Shown piece after piece: positions 60,436 through 64,000 of a stretch of 64,000 bases of DNA; the first letter of the stretch is position 1; each line of letters starts with the position of its first letter. Source of the stretch: Lama guanicoe (lineage: Eukaryota); the NCBI GenBank assembly GCA_013239625.1, contig MU054001.1, forward strand, positions 4,566,167 through 4,630,166, written 5' to 3'. Position numbers and translations under genes: made by a program. Under the pieces are notes generated by a model, which searched no databases, was not told the origin of the DNA, and saw only the letters and a list, made by a program, of their open reading frames with translations.

Positions 60436-61134
60436 CAAGTGTGTCTTTACCAAGGGGCCACTGCTTAGGCCTGACTTTCCAGGCCTCTTTGTCCCCCCAA
60501 CCCTCTACCTGCCTGGCCCAGCTTGGGGAGGAGGCCTGTCTTCCCTTTGGAGCTTCCTCTGTCTTCCCTCAAGCCTTTTGGAATGAGATCCGAGTGGCAG
60601 GCAGGATGATCGTAAGCCTACCATGCGGGGTTTCAGGGAACCAGTCAAACCAAACGGAGCTTTGCCTCCCTTCCCCTGATCACTGAGTTTGAGCTGGGAG
60701 CTGAAGGGGCTCATCTTTGTGTAACTGTCTCAATAGTCCCAGTCTCACTGGGACCTCCCACCTCCCTTGGCCAGGTTTCATGGCAGGTTGGGCTTCCTTC
60801 CAACATGGCTGCTCTGGACCAAGCTGGGGGTGCAGTGGGAGGAGGGTCTCAGGGTGGGCTGGAGATGGGAGACAGTCAGTTTGTTGACAGATACTCATTT
60901 TCAATGCCTGGGCAGGTTAGCCAGGTTGGTTTCTGGTGTGGTGACACACACGCTTGTGGTTGGAGAGAAACACTCAGTATAATCAGTTGTTTGCAATGGC
61001 GCAGCCGTCTGAGCCCTTACTGGTGTGATCAGAGTTTCAGGTCTTCCCACTGTGTGATGGGTCTCGTGGTCCTGGTTAATGGAACCATCCTTCCGATTTA
61101 CGAGCCACTTCTAGGATCCAGTCCTCCTTCTCAG

Positions 61135-61240
61135 TGCTTTTCACGTACAGACACTGAGGCACAGAGATGCTAGTGACTTGCTTCAAGGTCGCACAGACGG
61201 GAAGTGGCAGAGCTGGGCTTTGAACCCAGGCAGCTGAGGC
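61135..61240 (-). mobile_element. MIR
   Basis: actgaggcacagagatgctagtgacttgcttcaaggtcgcacag...aagtggcagagctgggctttgaacccaggcag. Confidence 0.85.
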
Positions 61241-63867
61241 ATAAAAGTAGCACCTAAACTGTAAATGGCAGATCTGCATGTGAGAATGTGGGTCCAGGCT
61301 CTACATTTTAGAGGGGGTTCAGAGGCTCGGGGAACGGGGTGGTCAGCTCAGTGCCAGGTCCTTCCTGGGTTTGGTGGAAGAGTCCAACTAGGGGCAGGCC
61401 TTCTGGTTTGCTGCCCGGAAGGAGAAGAAGTACATGTTTTGAAGGCCTTGTGCACATTTCCCATCTTCAAAGGCCAGGCCTGGAAGACACTGTGGGTCAG
61501 GCTCTCTGTAGAGACTCCCCGCCGCCTGACTCCGGCCAGCCTCCCCCTGGGCCCCTCATGACCGTCCCCGGGTGTGGGGCCTGCGTGCAGTTTGCAGGGG
61601 GAGGATGTGTTAGGGCTGCGGGAGCTGAGACCTGCTCAGAGAGGGAAGATCACAGTGGCATCTGGGTGTCGGGTGCCTGGGTGGGGGCCTTTGGGGCGGG
61701 ATGCTGGAAGCCCTTCATTTTCTTTTAGTAGGGCTCTGAGTAAGCCATGGGTTAGGGGGAGTGGTCAGTGTCCCCACCCCTGACAAAGGGGCCACCTACT
61801 CTCCCCCGGCAGCCCTTCACCTCCACATTTTGACCCCTGAAGTGGATGGAAATGTCTGGAAGACTGGACCTTTTGCTGCAGGGAGTCGAGGCCCCTCCGT
61901 GCAGCCCAGCCTGCACTTCTGACCCTTTTCTGAGCTGCCTCCCCACCCCGCTTGTGTTTTCCTAGAGCACGTATTTATTATTTCAACTACTTCACAGAAA
62001 CTCCACCCACAACCTTGCGCTTCTGCACACTTGCTGTTTACATTTCTCTTGGCCCCTTTTCCAGCTCCATCCGTGTAGGAAAGCTTCCTCTCTAGATGAA
62101 GTGTAGGGTGAGGGCACTGGTGGGCTCTGTCTAGCCCCCAGGAGCCCTGAGCTTCTTGGAACCCCTGGACCCACATACCCTTCCTTCCTGGCAGCTACCC
62201 CGGGGTCACTGGGCGGATGGGCATTCATTTTCTGAGCTGCCCCTCCCCTGCTGGACACTTGGACTATGTTCAGTTTGGGGCTCTTATAAACAAGGCTATG
62301 ACCAACATCTTTGTGTAGGTGGTCTTTTTTCCCTTTGGAGTTTTTCTTAGGGGCTCCCGGGAACTTTCAACTTTTCTTTCAATCGTCAAATCAAGGCTGA
62401 CTCCCTCTCCTTTCTCCCTACCTTTCCCCCGGCCCCCTCACCCTGAGTTCTTTCTCTAGTGACCATCCTACCCTGGCTTATCAGTGACAGTATCCCAACC
62501 CCTCTCCCCATTAACCCTGGGGCCGACAACGGAAGCTGCCAGGTGCCCCTTGGTCCCCTGCTGGCTCGGCTGGTGCTGTCCACCTCCTGTGCCTGAGCCC
62601 CCAACCCAGTCATTTCCTCGACAAGGATCAGGGGACGTTTTAAAGGAACAGAAAAGTCCTAAAGAGATGGAGAATTTCCTAGCATTTTAAAGACTTATGA
62701 AATGCGTTTTTATATGGGGCCAGCTGGGGAGTTTCTCATTAGCTCGGTTGGGGCGTCTGGGGAGTTGAGCTAAGTGGAGCCAGGCAGGCTGGGTAGGAAG
62801 ATGCGGTGGCCCCGAGCTCACCGGGGGAGCGCGGCAGGCATGCGCCGGCTGGTCTGCTCTGTGGACCCCCTGGCCAGGCTGGCCGGGGCTGCGCCTTTGT
62901 TAGAGCTGCTTCCCCAGCACAGGAGGCCTCAGAAACCTTCAGGTGGTGACTGGAGCTGAGAGGTGGCCACTCTGTTACCATGGTGAGCAGTCCACAAGGT
63001 AGGGCATCTGTGCCCTGTGTGCACATGGAAGCGTGCACTCATGCGTGTGTGTGTGTGTGTGAGTGTGCCCAGGTTATGCAGCCCTGACTCAAACCCATGG
63101 CAGCCCCCAGGCTTCTGTACCCCTCTGTGCGGCATCCTGGGCTCCTGGGGCTGACTTGGACCTGTTCTCCAAGGGGGATGTGGTGTTTCCTGCCCACCCT
63201 TTCCTCTGGCTCTGGACCAGCCAGGGGCCCCTGCTGGGCTACACTGTACATCGCTTCCTCTGTGCTGTGTCTGCTGTGCACATGTGCGTGTGCACGTGTG
63301 TGCTGGTGCCCAGGGTACGTGTGTGCGTGCGTGTGTGTGTGGTGTCTCTCTTCTGACTCTGTTTTTCCTTCCCCGCAGCCTGGCTGATGGTTTCACTCCA
63401 GTGAAGCCATGGAGCGGGGCTTGTCTTGTTGATTTCGCCTCTCTGGGTGGACTTGGAGCTTCCTCAGGCAGGGACTCTGTCATTTGTCCTGTACCCGCAG
63501 GCTGGTGCACAGCAGCCACTCTGCCGTGGTACCCTTGCTTGTTGCAGTGAGGTCGCCTGCTCCCAGCCTCGCTGATTTGGAGCTGTCCACTCCAGCAAGC
63601 CCGGTGTCCCCTTTCTCCTATCCTGGTGCTGTTGGGCTTTTCTGGGGGCATCAGTAATGAGGATGGTAATGAGGCTTCCAGAGGATCTGGGACCCACTGG
63701 TGGACAGTAGGAATCAGCAGTTTTGGGGGGGACTTGAAGCCTGGCGATAAACCAGGGCCACGTCAAGTGTGCATATGGGTGTGAACCTGTGGGCGTGATG
63801 ATGACTTTGTTCCCTTTGACTTTGGGGGGAGGTCTCTCTGTGTTGCCCAGGTGTGGTTTATACTGGC

Positions 63868-64000
63868 TCAGCTCAAACTTGAATGTGCAGGCAAGTCTGG
63901 TGATCTTGTTAAAATTCAGATTCTAACTGCGCAGTTCTGGGTGAGGCCTGTGAGTCTGCATTTCTCCCCAGCTCCAGAGTGGTGTGGAAGCTGCTGGCCC
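63868..64000 (-). mobile_element. MER5A-like fragment, running off the window end
   Basis: ctcaaacttgaatgtgca...cttgttaaaattcagattct...ctgggtgaggcctgtgagtctgcatttct...gctgctggccc. Confidence 0.6.

Larger units (their letters stand above)
56277..64000 (+). other. ZNF423: Start of the following ZNF423 intron
   Basis: Begins GTAAAT after the exon; the next expected peptide (GLEGEPEC...) is not found before 64000. Confidence 0.85.

Noticed and set aside
62974..62987. Third X-box-like site GTTACCATGGTGAG
   Set aside because: The right half-site is degenerate and there is no supporting context.
1..64000. CRISPR array, operon, viral or retrogene system
   Set aside because: No regularly spaced repeat-spacer structure, no intact long ORF with domains and no processed pseudogene seen; the window is a mammalian intron.

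Overview
This is mammalian genomic DNA, most likely a camelid: it carries a Vic-1-type tRNA-Ala-derived SINE at 60071-60192 and camelid/cetartiodactyl-style L1 3' ends. The window lies almost entirely within introns of ZNF423 (Zfp423/OAZ), transcribed on the + strand. The only coding exon I can support is a 60-nt phase 1-1 exon at 56217-56276, translating (V)EEGEASDFSLAWDSSVTAS(G). It matches, from memory, the ZNF423 segment that follows the N-terminal NuRD-binding peptide MSRRKQAKPRSVK. The exon encoding that peptide and the next exon are both outside the window. The rest is intron: an apparently TE-free, motif-dense first ~4.5 kb, an intragenic CpG island at ~13.8-14.3 kb, several AT-rich enhancer-like blocks, many L1/L2/MIR/hAT/MaLR relics (some with readable target-site duplications) and microsatellites. 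Apart from L1 ORF2 remnants, the ORF track looks like noise. I see no clearly novel biological system. The best leads are a candidate 12/14-nt microexon or alternative 5' exon with tandem donors (23247-23260), a well-bounded 109-nt candidate exon (3467-3575), a non-TE 142-bp local duplication, RFX X-box-like palindromes, and UG-repeat-flanked cryptic donors. Repeat-family names and comparisons with human or mouse come from memory and are unverified. Repeat boundaries are approximate unless a TSD is given.
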